Below, piece after piece: positions 63,806-64,000 of a stretch of DNA of 64,000 nt (position 1 is the stretch's first letter; every line of letters starts with the position of its first letter). The position numbers and the translations under genes were made by a program. The notes beneath the pieces are model-generated. The model saw nothing but the letters and a program-made list of their open reading frames with translations. It did no database searches and was not told where the DNA came from. The stretch covers positions 372,001 through 436,000 of the forward strand of contig CAJFCJ010000016.1 in assembly GCA_904063045.1 (NCBI GenBank), written 5' to 3'. This DNA comes from Dimorphilus gyrociliatus (Eukaryota > Animalia > Annelida).

Positions 63806-64000
63806 CTATCCGCCCACTTCTACCGTCATCCAGTCTATGTCTTTTTTCTCACCCTTCTCGCGTACAAAACAACTCCGCCTCAAGTCTCGAAAAGCTTGGT
63901 TAAACCAAAGAAGAATACGAAATTGAGGGACGTTAATTGAGAGAAATGCCGAACCGTAAATGATTTCTATCGAATTTCTACTAATCATTAGAATATATCT
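63806..64000 (-). CDS. Possible 3' end of a membrane-protein gene entering from the right edge
   Basis: The frame is open to the window edge (RYILMISRNSIEIIYGSAFLSINVPQFRILLWFNQAFRDLRRSC...GG*) and is GC-richer than its flanks. I recognise no family. Confidence 0.35.
   Translation of the reverse strand, partial: RYILMISRNSIEIIYGSAFLSINVPQFRILLWFNQAFRDLRRSCFVREKGEKKDIDWMTVEVGG

Overview
AT-rich, gene-dense animal genomic DNA with many 39-100 nt GT-AG introns and abundant (TA)n/(GA)n microsatellites. It is probably a compact-genome lophotrochozoan, resembling dinophilid annelids; the taxon is inferred, not established. I rebuilt 12 complete or near-complete genes by hand: PGAM5-like (-), an intronless ankyrin/SOCS-box-like ORF (+), an OATP/SLCO transporter (-), a small multi-TM protein (+), GOLGA7 (-), atypical PKC (+), Ski/Sno (-), secernin (-), PRRT3/4-like (+), cytidine deaminase (+), Rab35-like (-) and CRELD (+). 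There is also a prostanoid-receptor-like GPCR (+) and a possible gene end at the right edge. I found no rRNA, tRNA, CRISPR array or intact transposon. Main leads: (1) two gene neighbourhoods also found in human (aPKC-Ski and PRRT3-CRELD1); (2) a microexon array in the aPKC hinge plus an extra in-frame exon after the PB1 domain; (3) a DMRT/E-box motif cluster in Ski intron 1; (4) 11 TATA-CWG-TATA motifs resembling Tc1/mariner excision footprints; (5) only 48 nt between the PRRT3-like stop and the CDA start. Exon boundaries and motif counts were read by eye and protein identities come from remembered family motifs, not database searches.
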